From positions 128,001-192,000 of the forward strand of contig CAWHCF010000020.1 in assembly GCA_963827655.1 (NCBI GenBank): DNA of 64,000 nucleotides. The letters run 5' to 3'. This DNA comes from an uncultured Acidobacteriota bacterium. GTDB lineage: Bacteria > Acidobacteriota > UBA6911. A program made the position numbers and the translations under genes. Shown here in pieces: positions 30,575 to 42,889 of this stretch. The notes beneath the pieces were generated by a model that searched no databases, was not told where the DNA came from, and saw only the letters and a list, made by a program, of their open reading frames with translations. The stretch's first letter is position 1. Every line of letters begins with the position of its first letter.

Positions 30575-30718
30575 TTAGCTCGCGTTCGGAAGGCGGTACT
30601 TCAGGAGCTTTAGGCCGGGAATTATGTCCTAGAACGCAAGTTTCGACCAGACTTAGTTCGGGTCCCGATGCGTTCTTCGGGCAGCGTCGTCGCTACACCC
30701 GACGGTTCCATCGGTAGC

Positions 30719-30990
30719 TTACCGATACGCTTGCCTGCGATGGTCGGCGGCTGTCAAGGAGACGATCCGCCTCCGGTTGTCTATCTCATAGAAGAACCGC
30801 CATTGACCGACGCGGTAACGCCAGGTCGGCGGCTCCCAGTTCTTGAGGCGCTTTATGTTCGGTCTTTTTAGAGAATTGGGTAGTTGTGATCGCGAAGCTT
30901 GGACTCGATTCGCTTCTGCGCGACCGAGCCGAGTCCCGCTAGATCGGCCAGAAAGCGACGGGTCTCGAATATGCTAAACGATTCGGACGA
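30719..30990 (-). pseudogene. RelE/ParE family toxin, interrupted near 30870
   Basis: Manual translation: FSIFETRRFLADL...IESKLRDHNYPIL* then PNIKRLKNWEPPTWRYRVGQWRFFYEID...ADHRRQAYR*. Confidence 0.7.
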
Positions 30991-31222
30991 ACCGCCCCTT
31001 CCGCTTTCGGGCATCGCGGGACCCGGTCTTCAACCGTTTAATTAGCTCAGGCCGCGAGAGGATCTCGGCCATCTCGACGTCGTCGACGAAGCTGCTCTCC
31101 TCGATGTGCCGGAGCGCGGCAGTCTCTACCAGATTGGCAAGAGATCGGCGTTCGGCCTTTGCGGCTCGAACGAAAGTCTCGTACGTTTTGTCATCCAGTC
31201 GCATGGTTAGCGTCTTTGCCAT
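30974..31222 (-). CDS. Ribbon-helix-helix (CopG-like) antitoxin
   Basis: MAKTLTMRLDD.TY..F..AA.AERRSLAN; overlaps the toxin start. Confidence 0.8.
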   Translation of the reverse strand: MAKTLTMRLDDKTYETFVRAAKAERRSLANLVETAALRHIEESSFVDDVEMAEILSRPELIKRLKTGSRDARKRKGRFVRIV

Positions 31223-31488
31223 AGCCCTCAGCTGTCGTTTGTCTTCACTCTGAATATGAACGAATGCACTCCCCGGGGTCAAGGGGCGTCCTGCTCGAGC
31301 CAAGAACAGAGCCTTATGCTCGGCTCCCACGCGTTGAACCTCTCGATAACGCGGTGATATAGTCAGGCTGGACCACGCATCCCAGGTTTGAATCCCCCCG
31401 AACGAATTGACCTCTTGGGGTCTTGCTAGTCACAAAACACGCAAAGACGCCCGCTGTGGAACGTTTCTAAAGCCAGGAGGATCCTATC

Positions 31489-34400
31489 ATGCTTGCAAGC
31501 CGGTTCGCCTTCGGGTCAGTGGCAACCTGTATCCTGGGTTGCGCGCTGACATTTGGACAGATCAAGTCGGGCACCATCACCGGATCGGTCGAGGACACGA
31601 GCGGTGCGCGCATCCCGGGCGCGGAGGTTTCCGTTGTTGACCAGGGGACAAACCTCCTGATTCAGGTCGTGACCAACGACCGAGGAGAGTATGCGGTACC
31701 CTATCTCTCGCAGGGCGTCTATGCCGTCACCGTTTCCCTCTCGGGTTTTTCAACGTCGAAGCGTACGGACATTCGAGTCGACACCGCCCAGACTGTCCGC
31801 GTCGACGTGGTGCTTCAAGTCGGTGAAATAGGCACGACGGTCGAAGTCCGCTCCGAAACGGTTCAACTCCAGACCGAGGCCGCGACGGTCCAGAACGCGG
31901 TGGACGAGCGCCTGATTCAGGCGGTGCCGAACATCAATCGCAATCCTTTTTACTACGCCAGCCTGCAGGCAGGGGTTGTCCCCCGCTCCGGTTTCAACGA
32001 CACGCAGAGCGTCAACTCTTTTGGCATCGGCATCGACGCGCGGCGCAACTTCTCGGCCCTTTCGGTCAACGGCGGCCAGGCCTTCACCAACGACATCGTG
32101 CTCGATGGCGTAAGTGTGCAGGGTTCGGCCTGGAACGAGGCGGCCGTCCTGCCTAATCCTGAGGGGATCCAGGAAGTCCGCACGCTGATCAACAATTTCT
32201 CGGCTGAGTATGGCAGGGCCCAGGGCGTGATTACGGTCACGACCAAGAGCGGAACCAACGGCTTTCATGGATCGGGTTTCTACCGCAACCGCAACGAAGC
32301 GTTCAACGCCAACAGCTTCGGCAACAATGCGCGAGGGATTAGCCGTCCCGCATTCAAGGTGAATTCCTACGGCGGAACGTTCGGCGGGCCGATCCGGGAA
32401 GATAAGGCTTTCTTTTTTGCCAGCTACGAAGGGCTGCTGCACAACCGCGCCATCGACTACCTCAGAACCGTACCCACGGCGTTAGAGCAAGCAGGGGACT
32501 TCAGCCGGACATTCGTCAATGTCAACTCGGTGCCGACGCCGCTCAAGATCTACGATCCCTATGATGTCACCCAGACGGGGGCAAACGAGTACCGGCGCGC
32601 CGAGATCCCGAACGCCATCATTCCCCGCCCGGACCCGTTCGCGTTGAAGCTGATGAGCTTCTATCCTCTTCCCAACCGCACGCCCGAAGACGATTACGGC
32701 ACGAATAACTTCTTTCTCCGGGGAATTCAGCGCTTCAACAAGAACAGCGTGAATTCTCGTCTTGATTACCGGCTCGGCGGGCACTCAATCTATGGGACGT
32801 TCGGCGTGTTCCAGGGAACTATCAATACTCCGAGTTCCTGGGGGGAAGACAATCCGTTCTACTCCCGGGGAGATTTCGTCGGGAACCTGATTACCGACCG
32901 CAACCCATACGGTTCAATTGGCGACACGCTGGCCTTGACACCAACCCTGATCCTGGACATGCGCTACGGGATCAACCGGATCAACGCCAACAACGAGGCG
33001 GCGGTGTTTCCTGATTTCGACTACGTCCAATTCGGCATCCCAAGAGACCTGGTGGGAATTAATGCTGTTCCGGGAGCGCCGATCGAGTTCGGGCCTGGGA
33101 ATAATCTTAGCCCGCTCAACCGGACCAACTCGCTGCACAAACGGGAGCGGCAGACCAATCACCAGGCTGTGGCGGGCGCCACGAAGACAATTAATCGCTG
33201 GACCCTGAGATTTGGCAGCGAGTACCGCGTCTACCTTTCAAATTACACCGACGCCGAGGAGTCGTTTCAAATTCAAACCAGCAGCGCCTTCACACGGCAG
33301 GTCGTGAACTCTACCGGGGGGCGGCCGGCCCGGCGGTGACGGCTGATGCCGCAGGGTGGGGGCCGGCGGCCTTCCTGCTTGGCGCCGGCAACATCCACGT
33401 GGCCGAGGGGCGCGGTGCCAAGCCGGCTCTCGCCCAGAAGTACTTCGCGCTCTACAGCCAGAATGACTGGCGCGTTTCGGACCGCCTCACCGTGAATCTC
33501 GGGCTCCGGTGGGACGTTCAGCCCGCTCCCACGGACCGGCATGACAAGCTAAGCATGTTCGACTTTAACACCCGGAATCCTTTCGGCACGCCGGGCGCTT
33601 TCTTGTTTGCCGGGGCTGACGGCACAGAACGCAATCTGTGGAGGACACACTACAAGGACTTTGGGCCGCGGGTGGGCCTGGCATATCGACTCGGCTCGGA
33701 CGTTGTCATCCGGGCGGGTTACGGCCTTTCATACCTCCCGACCAACACCGGTTACTTCGACGGGCCCTTCGCCTATGGAATGGCGTCGTTCTCGTCATTT
33801 ACGACCTGGGACCATTTCGGAGCGACTCCCGCCGGTCGCGTCGTCGGGCGTTACTATGAAGTGAACCGGGTGATCCCGCCCGCCGGCTCGGACATACTGA
33901 ACCCGGGGCTGTACGGTGGCGGAGAACCGCGCTTCGACCTGGACTACAAGAACGGAACCGTTCAGCAATGGAACTTGTTCGTCGAGAAACGCCTCGGCTC
34001 CGACTGGCTTGTATCCGCCGGTTACGCTGCATCCAAAGGGGACAAGCTGCCTTATGCCCGCGTGCCCCTGAATTCGACCCAGTTCGTTCCCAATTCGCTG
34101 ATCGAGTCGTTTCGTGCCGGGTACATTGCCGACAACGGAAGGAGCAACCCCGCCAATGATCAGGTCCCGAATCCCTTCCAACCTGAGACCGGGCCTTTGA
34201 TCCCGTTCAAGGGCAGCCTGGGGAGAAGAACCATCAGCCGGTTGGAGGCCGCGCTGCCGTATCCGCATTTCGGGACGGTGCAGCTCCAGCGCTCCATAGG
34301 CTTCTCGAGCTATCACGCCCTGCAGCTGCAGGTGAATCGCCGGTTCGCCAGCGATCTCCAGCTCAATGCCCACTACACCTGGTCCAAGGCGCTCGATTTC

Positions 34401-35207
34401 AACCTGACTGAAGCGCAGACCAACGGCTTTGCCGACAGCGGCGGATACGATTCGAGCATCGATCAGTTGAACTATCGTAACAACAAAAAGGTATCCCTCA
34501 CGGATCTGCCGCACCGTTTTCTGATTTCCTTTCTCTACGAGCTGCCGTTCGGTTCGGGCAAACGTTTCAACCTGAACAGCCCGGTTGTCCGGGGGATCAT
34601 CAGCGGCTGGCGGCTCTCAGGCGTTGGGAATCTACAGAGCGGCTATCCGATCCAGCTCAGCGGAGCAAGCAGCACGCTGAACAATCGTCCCGACAGGCTT
34701 TCAGGAGTGGATGTGAAGGTCCCCGAGGCGCTGCAGCGCTGGTATGACGGAAGGACCGCCGTGACGCTGCCGAGCGGCAGGCAGATCACGCCCTGCAGCT
34801 TCTGCTACCTCCTCTACGACCCCGATGCCTTCTCCGGGCGCGTCGTCGCTACACCCGACGGCTCCATCGTCCCCGACGTTTACTGGTTGGGAAATGCCGC
34901 CGTGACCTATGGCGATATTCGCGGCGCGGGAAGGAACAACTGGAATCTGAGCGTCGAGCGCACTTTCAAAGCCGGGGAGCGTGTAGCTATCGATCTCTCC
35001 GCGCAGTTCACCAACGTCTGGAACCAGACCCAGTTCCGCCCGGCGATGCAGGGTGGTCTGGGCGCGACAATCGGGAGTGTCGACGTCATCCGAAGCCCGC
35101 AGCTCAACTTGAAAGCCGGTCAACTCTCGAATCAGAGCTACGGGACGCGCGGGAACGCTACCTTCGATCCCCGGCAGGTAGAATTTCAGCTCAAGGCGCG
35201 GTTCTGA
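31489..35207 (+). CDS. TonB-dependent receptor A, copy 1 (frameshift in G-run near 33315)
   Basis: AGGAGG RBS; signal peptide; GTITGSVED.SGA carboxypeptidase-like domain; SAEYGR, TKSGTN.FHGS; terminal RQVEFQLKARF. Confidence 0.92.
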
Positions 35208-35232
35208 CTAGCGCTTGATGTTTCTTTGTGTA

Positions 35233-35354
35233 AATGGCATCGACCCATCTTTGGTGATTACTCATCGCATGAAGCTAGAGGAAGCCCCGGCCGGTTACCA
35301 ACTTTTCAACGATCAGAAGAGGAACACTGTATCAAAATCGTATTAAAACCTTAG
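35233..35354 (+). pseudogene. C-terminal remnant of a zinc-dependent alcohol/formaldehyde dehydrogenase (copy 1)
   Basis: NGIDPS.VITHRMKLEEAPAGYQLFNDQK..CIKIVLKP*. Confidence 0.65.
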
Positions 35355-35401
35355 GGCGCTTGCCATCCGCCGTATTCTGGACGCGTGTTCTCCCAACGAT
35401 G

Positions 35402-35594
35402 TTAACCGTGGCTTGGTTCTTGTTGCGCCAATCCTTCCTGGGCTCGCGCTTCTTCAGTAACTGGAACGGCGTTTCTGTCCGGCACGATGCGGGAGCCGTA
35501 GCGGTTGGCATATACCTGAGTAACCTCCGCGCCAAAAAACAAAATCATGGCGGAGTAATACACCCAGACGAGAATCACAACCAGAGACCCAGCA
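35402..35594 (-). pseudogene. 3' fragment of the YihY gene carried in the duplication
   Basis: Matches 39653-39845; cut at the junction. Confidence 0.85.
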
Positions 35595-35736
35595 ATAAGC
35601 GGTGATATAGTCAGGCTGGACCACGCATCCCAGGTTTGAATCCCCCCGAACGAATTGACCTCTTGAGGTCTTGCTAGTCACAAAACACGCAAAGACGCCC
35701 GCTGTGGAATGTTTCTAAAGCCAGGAGGATCCTGTC

Positions 35737-38700
35737 ATGCTTGCAAGCCGGTTCGCCTTCGGGTCAGTGGCAACCTGTATCCTGGGTTGCGCGCTGACAT
35801 TTGGACAGATCAAGTCGGGCACCATCACCGGATCGGTAGAGGACACGAGCGGTGCGCGCATCCCGGGCGCGGAGGTTTCCGTGGTTGACCAGGGGACAAA
35901 CCTCCTGATTCAGGTCGTGACCAACGACCGAGGAGAGTATGCGGTGCCCTATCTATCGCAGGGCGTCTATGCCGTCACGGTTTCCCTGACGGGTTTTTCA
36001 ACGTCGAAGCGTACGGACATTCGAGTCGACACCGCCCAGACTGTCCGTGTCGACGTGGTGCTTCAAGTCGGTGAAATAGGCACGACGGTCGAAGTCCGCT
36101 CCGAAACGGTTCAACTCCAGACCGAGGCCGCGACGGTCCAGAACGCGGTGGACGAGCGCCTGATCCAGGCGGTGCCGAACATCAATCGCAATCCTTTTTA
36201 CTACGCCAGCCTGCAGGCAGGGGTTGTCCCCCGCTCCGGTTTCAACGACACGCAGAGCGTCAACTCTTTTGGCATCGGCATCGACGCGCGGCGCAACTTC
36301 TCGGCCCTTTCGGTCAACGGCGGCCAGGCCTTCACCAACGACATCGTGCTCGATGGCGTAAGTGTGCAGGGTTCGGCCTGGAACGAGGCGGCCGTCCTGC
36401 CTAATCCTGAGGGGATCCAGGAAGTCCGCACGCTGATCAACAATTTCTCGGCTGAGTATGGCAGGGCCCAGGGCGTGATTACGGTCACGACCAGGAGCGG
36501 AACCAACGGCTTTCATGGATCGGGTTTCTACCGCAACCGCAACGAAGCGTTCAACGCCAACAGCTTCGGCAACAATGCGCGAGGGATTAGCCGTCCCGCA
36601 TTCAAGGTGAATTCCTACGGCGGAACGTTCGGCGGGCCGATCCGGGAAGACAAGGCTTTCTTTTTTGCCAGCTACGAAGGTCTGTTGCACAACCGCGCCA
36701 TCGACTACCTCAGAACCGTACCCACGGCGTTAGAGCAAGCAGGGGACTTCAGCCGGACATTCGTCAATGTCAACTCGGTGCCGACGCCGCTCAAGATCTA
36801 CGATCCCTATGATGTCACCCAGACGGGGGCAAACGAGTACCGGCGCGCCGAGATCCCGAACGCCATCATTCCCCGCCCGGACCCGTTCGCGTTGAAGCTG
36901 ATGAGCTTCTATCCTCTTCCCAACCGCACGCCCGAAGACGAGTACGGCACGAATAACTTCTTTCTCCGGGGAATTCAGCGCTTCAACAAGAACAGCGTGA
37001 ATTCTCGTCTCGATTACCGGCTCGGCGGGCACTCAATCTATGGGACGTTCGGCGTGTTCCAGGGAACTATCAATACTCCGAGTTCCTGGGGGGAAGACAA
37101 TCCGTTCTACTCCCGGGGAGATTTCGTCGGGAACCTGATTACCGACCGCAACCCATACGGTTCAATTGGCGACACGCTGGCCTTGACACCAACCCTGATC
37201 CTGGACATGCGCTACGGGATCAACCGGATCAACGCCAACAACGAGGCGGCGGTGTTTCCTGATTTCGACTACATCCAATTCGGCATCCCAAGAGACCTGG
37301 TGGGAATTAATGCTGTTCCGGGAGCGCCGATCGAGTTCGGGCCTGGGAATAATCTTAGCCCGCTCAACCGGACCAACTCGCTGCACAAACGGGAGCGGCA
37401 GACCAATCACCAGGCTGTGGCGGGCGCCACCAAGACAATCAATCGCTGGACCCTGAGATTTGGCAGCGAGTACCGCGTCTACCTTTCAAATTACACCGAC
37501 GCCGAGGAGTCGTTTCAAATTCAAACCAGCAGCGCCTTCACACGGCAGGTCGTGAACTCTACCGGGGGGGCGGCCGGCCCGGCGGTGACGGCTGATGCCG
37601 CAGGGTGGGGGCCGGCGGCCTTCCTGCTTGGCGCCGGCAACATCCACGTGGCCGAGGGGCGCGGTGCCAAGCCGGCTCTCGCCCAGAAGTACTTCGCGCT
37701 CTACAGCCAGAATGACTGGCGCGTTTCGGACCGCCTCACCATGAATCTCGGGCTCCGGTGGGACGTTCAGCCCGCTCCCACGGACCGGCATGACAAGCTA
37801 AGCATGTTCGACTTTAACACCCGGAATCCTTTCGGCACGCCGGGCGCTTTCTTGTTTGCCGGGGCTGACGGCACAGAACGCAATCTGTGGAGAACACACT
37901 ACAAGGACTTTGGGCCGCGGGTTGGGCCTGGCATATCGACTCGGCTCGGACGTTGTCATCCGGGCGGGTTACGGCCTTTCATACCTCCCGACCAACACCG
38001 GTTACTTCGACGGGCCCTTCGCCTATGGAATGGCGTCGTTCTCGTCATTTACGACCTGGGACCATTTCGGAGCGACTCCCGCCGGTCGCGTCGTCGGGCG
38101 TTACTATGAAGTGAACCGGGTGATCCCGCCCGCCGGCTCGGACATACTGAACCCGGGGCTGTACGGTGGCGGAGAACCGCGCTTCGACCTGGACTACAAG
38201 AACGGAACCGTTCAGCAATGGAACTTGTTCGTCGAGAAACGCCTCGGCTCCGACTGGCTTGTATCCGCCGGTTACGCTGCATCCAAAGGGGACAAGCTGC
38301 CTTATGCCCGCGTGCCCCTGAATTCGACCCAGTTCGTTCCCAATTCGCTGATCGAGTCGTTTCGTGCCGGGTACATTGCCGACAACGGAAGGAGCAACCC
38401 CGCCAATGATCAGGTCCCGAATCCCTTCCAACCTGAGACCGGGCCTTTGATCCCGTTCAAGGGCAGCCTGGGGAGAAGAACCATCAGCCGGTTGGAGGCC
38501 GCGCTGCCGTATCCGCATTTCGGGACGGTGCAGCTCCAGCGCTCCATAGGCTTCTCGAGCTATCACGCCCTGCAGCTGCAGGTGAATCGCCGGTTCGCCA
38601 GCGATCTCCAGCTCAATGCCCACTACACCTGGTCCAAGGCGCTCGATTTCAACCTGACTGAAGCGCAGACCAACGGCTTTGCCGACAGCGGCGGATACGA

Positions 38701-39457
38701 TTCGAGCATCGATCAGTTGAACTATCGTAACAACAAGAAGGTATCCCTCACGGATCTCCCGCACCGTTTTCTGATTTCCTTTCTCTACGAGCTGCCGTTC
38801 GGTTCGGGCAAACGCTTCAACCTGAACAGCCCGGTTGTCCGGGGGATCATCAGCGGCTGGCGGCTCTCAGGCGTTGGGAATCTACAGAGCGGCTATCCGA
38901 TCCAGCTCAGCGGAGCAAGCAGCACGCTGAACAATCGTCCCGACAGGCTTCCAGGAGTGGATGTCAAGGTGCCTGAAGCGCTGCAGCGCTGGTATGACGG
39001 AAGGACCGCCGTGACGCTGCCGAGCGGCCGGCAGATCACGCCCTGCAGCTTCTGCTACCTTCTCTACGACCCCGATGCCTTCTCCGGGCGCGTCGTCGCT
39101 ACTCCCGACGGCTCCATCGTCCCCGACGTTTACTGGTTGGGAAATGCCGCCGTGACCTATGGCGATATTCGCGGCGCGGGAAGGAACAACTGGAATCTGA
39201 GCGTCGAGCGCACTTTCAAAGCCGGGGAGCGTGTAGCTATCGATCTCTCTGCGCAGTTCACCAACGTCTGGAACCAGACCCAGTTCCGCCCGGCGATGCA
39301 GGGTGGTCTGGGCGCGACAATCGGGAGTGTCGACGTCATCCGAAGCCCGCAGCTCAACTTGAAAGCCGGTCAACTCTCGAATCAGAGCTTCGGGACGCGC
39401 GGGAACGCTACCTTCGATCCCCGGCAGGTAGAATTTCAGCTCAAGGCGCGGTTCTGA
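35737..39457 (+). CDS. TonB-dependent receptor A, copy 2 (frameshift near 37922)
   Basis: ORFs 35737..38109 + 37856..39457; near-identical to copy 1. Confidence 0.92.
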
Positions 39458-39482
39458 CTAGCGCTTGATGTTTCTTTGTGTA

Positions 39483-39603
39483 AATGGCATCGACCCATCT
39501 TTTGTGATTACTCATCGCATGAAGCTAGAGGAAGCCCCGGCCGGTTACCAACTTTTCAACGATCAGAAAGGAACACTGTATCAAAATCGTATTAAAACCT
39601 TAG
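39483..39603 (+). pseudogene. C-terminal remnant of zinc-dependent dehydrogenase (copy 2)
   Basis: NGIDPSFVITHRMKLEEAPAGYQLFNDQK..CIKIVLKP*. Confidence 0.65.
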
Positions 39604-39652
39604 GGCGCGCTTGCCATCCGCCGTATTCTGGACGCGTGTTCTCCCAACGATG

Positions 39653-40573
39653 TTAACCGTGGCTTGGTTCTTGTTGCGCCAATCCTTCCTGGGCTCGCGC
39701 TTCTTCAGTAACTGGAACGGCGTTTCTGTCCGGCACGATGCGGGAGCCGTAGCGGTTGGCATATACCTGAGTAACCTCCGCGCCAAAAAACAAAATCATG
39801 GCGGAGTAATACACCCAGACGAGAATCACAACCAGAGACCCAGCAGCGCCATACGCGGAAGCGATATTGGCCTGAGCCAAATAGAGACCTAACAACAGCT
39901 TTCCCACGATAAACAAAAACGCCGTAACGGCTGCTCCAATCCAAACGTCTCTCCACGAAATCTTCACGTCGGGGAGAATCTTAAAAATCATACCAAATAA
40001 CAGAGTGATCACGATCAACGAGAGGATTAGGTTCAAGATATGACCAACAAGAACAGCTCCTGGCATGAAGCCCCCGAGGAATTCACCGACCACAACAAGT
40101 CCCGCGCTTATGACAAGCGATACGAGCAACAGAAAACCGACGCCGAGTACCATCGTAAACGACAAGAAGCGATCTTTGAGGATCCCCAGCAATCCGCGAC
40201 CCGGCCGAGGTTTGACCTCCCAGATTGTGTTTAAACCGTCTTGTAGCTGACCAAAGAAGCCCGACGACCCGACTAACAGGACGATGATTCCAAACGCCGT
40301 GGCGATGACTCCGGAGCTCGGCTTGCTCGCATTTTCAATTAGTGTCTCGACTCCCTTGGCTCCTTCCGGCCCGATTAAACCACTGATCTGGTTGAGTATT
40401 TGCCCTTGCGTCGCGTCGCGTCCGAATGCCAGGCCGGCAATCGCAATTGCGATAATCAAGAGGGGAGCAAGGGAAAAAATCGTATAATACGCGAGCGCAG
40501 CAGCGAGTCGCGCTGCTCTGTCCTCACTCCAATCTTCAAACGCTTCCTTGATAAAACCCCAAGCGAACTTCAT
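39653..40573 (-). CDS. YihY/BrkB family membrane protein
   Basis: [48 protein letters not shown]. Confidence 0.92.
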   Translation of the reverse strand: MKFAWGFIKEAFEDWSEDRAARLAAALAYYTIFSLAPLLIIAIAIAGLAFGRDATQGQILNQISGLIGPEGAKGVETLIENASKPSSGVIATAFGIIVLLVGSSGFFGQLQDGLNTIWEVKPRPGRGLLGILKDRFLSFTMVLGVGFLLLVSLVISAGLVVVGEFLGGFMPGAVLVGHILNLILSLIVITLLFGMIFKILPDVKISWRDVWIGAAVTAFLFIVGKLLLGLYLAQANIASAYGAAGSLVVILVWVYYSAMILFFGAEVTQVYANRYGSRIVPDRNAVPVTEEARAQEGLAQQEPSHG

Positions 40574-40949
40574 ACCATGACTCCTCGTCAGTCTCTCCGA
40601 TCCTTAGAATTCTCTGCACTTGTTTGGCCAAGCGATCCTTCATCTCACTGAGCGTGAATTAGAGCAATTGCAACTACAGGCCTGAATTCTGGCGCCTGAG
40701 CATTGTTGGTTACCGGCAAAAATACCCGTTTTGGCGGCTGGCGTTTGGGCTTGCTCTTCCTTGGAAGTCCGCCAGCGGTTTCCGATTTTCGTAAGGAACA
40801 AACAAACCGCCAAATTGGGCGATGCCCCCAAAAGCCGGGGCGCATTAATTGCGAAGCTAACTTGGCTGGCTCGTGAATTGCGTGTTGCTTGGATCTGTTT
40901 TGTGTTTTTGCAAAGAGTTGTCGCGACCAGGAGAAACCCAGGAGAAACC

Positions 40950-41543
40950 ATGGAAAAGAAACAGTTGAACGAACTTCTTTACCAAGCGCTCGAAACCGAA
41001 AAGGGAGGAGTGCAGGTATATCGAACAGCAATTCAGTGTGCAGTTAACGAGGACCTGAAGGAAGAGTGGGAGGAATATCTGGAGCAAACGGAGAACCATG
41101 AGCGAATTCTCCTAGAGCTTTTCGAGAAAATGGGTCTAGACCCCGAAACAGAGACCACCGGACGCCGGGTCGTACGTTCTATTGGGCAGACGCTGGTGAA
41201 AGCGATGGAAATTGCGATGGAATCGGGGGAGCCGAAGGCGGCCCAGTTAGTAGCTGCAGAGTGTGTCGTTGAGGCCGAGACCAAGGACCATCTGAACTGG
41301 GGACTTATCGGCCAGGTCGCCAAGGAGTTAAAAGGAACCGAGGCCAAGGCGCTAAAGGACGCGCACGAGGAGGTTGAAGAAGAGGAAGACGAACATCTCT
41401 ATCACACGACGGGTTGGGCTCGGGAACTATGGATTGAGGCACTCGGGTTGCCCGCGGTGATTCCCCCTCCCGAAGAAGAGAAAGAAGTAACCACGGCCAT
41501 TGGCGCCGCGCGCGCCAAGCAGTCTCGGAAGAAAATGCTATAG
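40950..41543 (+). CDS. Ferritin-like (DUF892-type) stress protein
   Basis: AGGAG RBS; ELLYQALETE.GG, ETKDH.NW, EEEDEHLYH carboxylate/His motifs. Confidence 0.8.
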   Translation: MEKKQLNELLYQALETEKGGVQVYRTAIQCAVNEDLKEEWEEYLEQTENHERILLELFEKMGLDPETETTGRRVVRSIGQTLVKAMEIAMESGEPKAAQLVAAECVVEAETKDHLNWGLIGQVAKELKGTEAKALKDAHEEVEEEEDEHLYHTTGWARELWIEALGLPAVIPPPEEEKEVTTAIGAARAKQSRKKML

Positions 41544-41775
41544 AATTGGAGTCCCGTCCCCGCCAGAACAATTGGGCCCACGTTCCCTGCTGGAATCCTC
41601 AGGAGCCGTGATGCTGCGATCAGCAACTTCCGCGAGCATGGGATCTACGCTTACGTGGAATACTTGGGTAACCCGTCGCGTTGCCATGCTCGCAATTTCG
41701 CTGGCCCCGATCGGACAAACAAATCATGCCTGTTCCTCAAGGCATGGATGTGTTTCTGAGCAAAGGAGTTGACAT

Positions 41776-42030
41776 ATGCCAAAGGCAAGCAAGCGCTCGA
41801 CAAACGCGAATGGAAGGAAACGGAAGATCCGATACGCTGTTGTGGGACAGGGATACATTTCACAGGTCGCAGTTTTGCCGGCGTTCGCGCATGCAACAAA
41901 AAACTCCGAACTGGCGGCCCTGGTCTCCGATGATCCGCTGAAGCTCAAGAAGCTCAGCAAGAAGTATGATGTCCCGTACATCTATATCCTACGACGAGTA
42001 TGATGCCTGTCTGTCTGGTGGAGAAATCGT
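41776..42030 (+). pseudogene. N-terminal fragment of a Gfo/Idh/MocA oxidoreductase
   Basis: AAGGAG RBS; KIRYAVVG.GYISQVAVLPAFAHA..NSEL.ALVS; similarity ends after ~85 codons. Confidence 0.75.
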
Positions 42031-42197
42031 ACGTCTTCGAACCTCCCGCCCCGCACTGTTTCTTGGCGTTAATGACCGGTTACGTACCGGGAGAATTTAT
42101 TCCATGAGGAACAAATTATGCGTCAAGTGAGAGTGAAAGCGCCGCAGGGAAAAGGATGTGATATTGCGCGACCGCCGACGATGTCGGCCGACGGGAG

Positions 42198-42779
42198 ATG
42201 ATGCCCACACGCTCGCGCTTTACGCAGTCTCGAACCGCGCTGCTTCTGATCGATGTAATTAATCCGTTCGATTTCGAGGGTGGGAAGGCATTTGCTCGCA
42301 AGGCACTGCGAGTGGCGCGCGCTATCGGCCGACTTCGCGATCGGGTGACGGACGCCGGTATTCCGGTGATCTACGTCAACGACAACTTCGGGAGGTGGCG
42401 CTCCGACATGTTATCCATCGTGGCCTACTGCATTCGGCCCAACATGCCTGGAGCCCGGGTCGTCGACGTCCTCAAGCCTCGGAAGACCGACTATGTGGTA
42501 CTGAAGTCGACGTTATCGGGCTTTTTTCAGACGCCTCTGGAGACTATGTTGCGGCTTGGCGGGGTAAAGACACTCATCGTAACGGGATTTGCCGCCGACA
42601 ACTGCGTATTGTTCACGGCGGCGGATGCATACATGCGGGATTTTCGCCTTGTTGTTCCTCATGACTGCATCGGTGCTAAAACCAAGGAGGCGCAACATCG
42701 TGCCCTCCGAATGATGGCACAGCTCTTCGGCGCCAAAACGGGCACATCGTCCAGGCTCGGTCTTGCAGGCCGACCTTAG
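42198..42779 (+). CDS. Isochorismatase family cysteine hydrolase
   Basis: ALLLIDVIN, YVNDNFG.WRS, LK...SGF, ADNCVLFTA.DAYMR. Confidence 0.9.
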   Translation: MMPTRSRFTQSRTALLLIDVINPFDFEGGKAFARKALRVARAIGRLRDRVTDAGIPVIYVNDNFGRWRSDMLSIVAYCIRPNMPGARVVDVLKPRKTDYVVLKSTLSGFFQTPLETMLRLGGVKTLIVTGFAADNCVLFTAADAYMRDFRLVVPHDCIGAKTKEAQHRALRMMAQLFGAKTGTSSRLGLAGRP

Positions 42780-42889
42780 CGGGGACTGTCGCTCCTATTT
42801 TGAAGCATCGGTCCCGGAACTTGGCTGTGCTGCCTTTCGATTCGCAAATCGCAAGTTCAACTGGACGTGCTCGGCCACAGTCGTGTGTC

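Larger units (their letters stand above)
31346..39845 (+). repeat. Tandem duplication, ~4.25-kb unit (31346-35594 / 35595-39845)
   Basis: Both units begin ataa(c)gcggtgatatagtcaggctgg and end ccagagacccagca; near-identical throughout. Confidence 0.92.
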
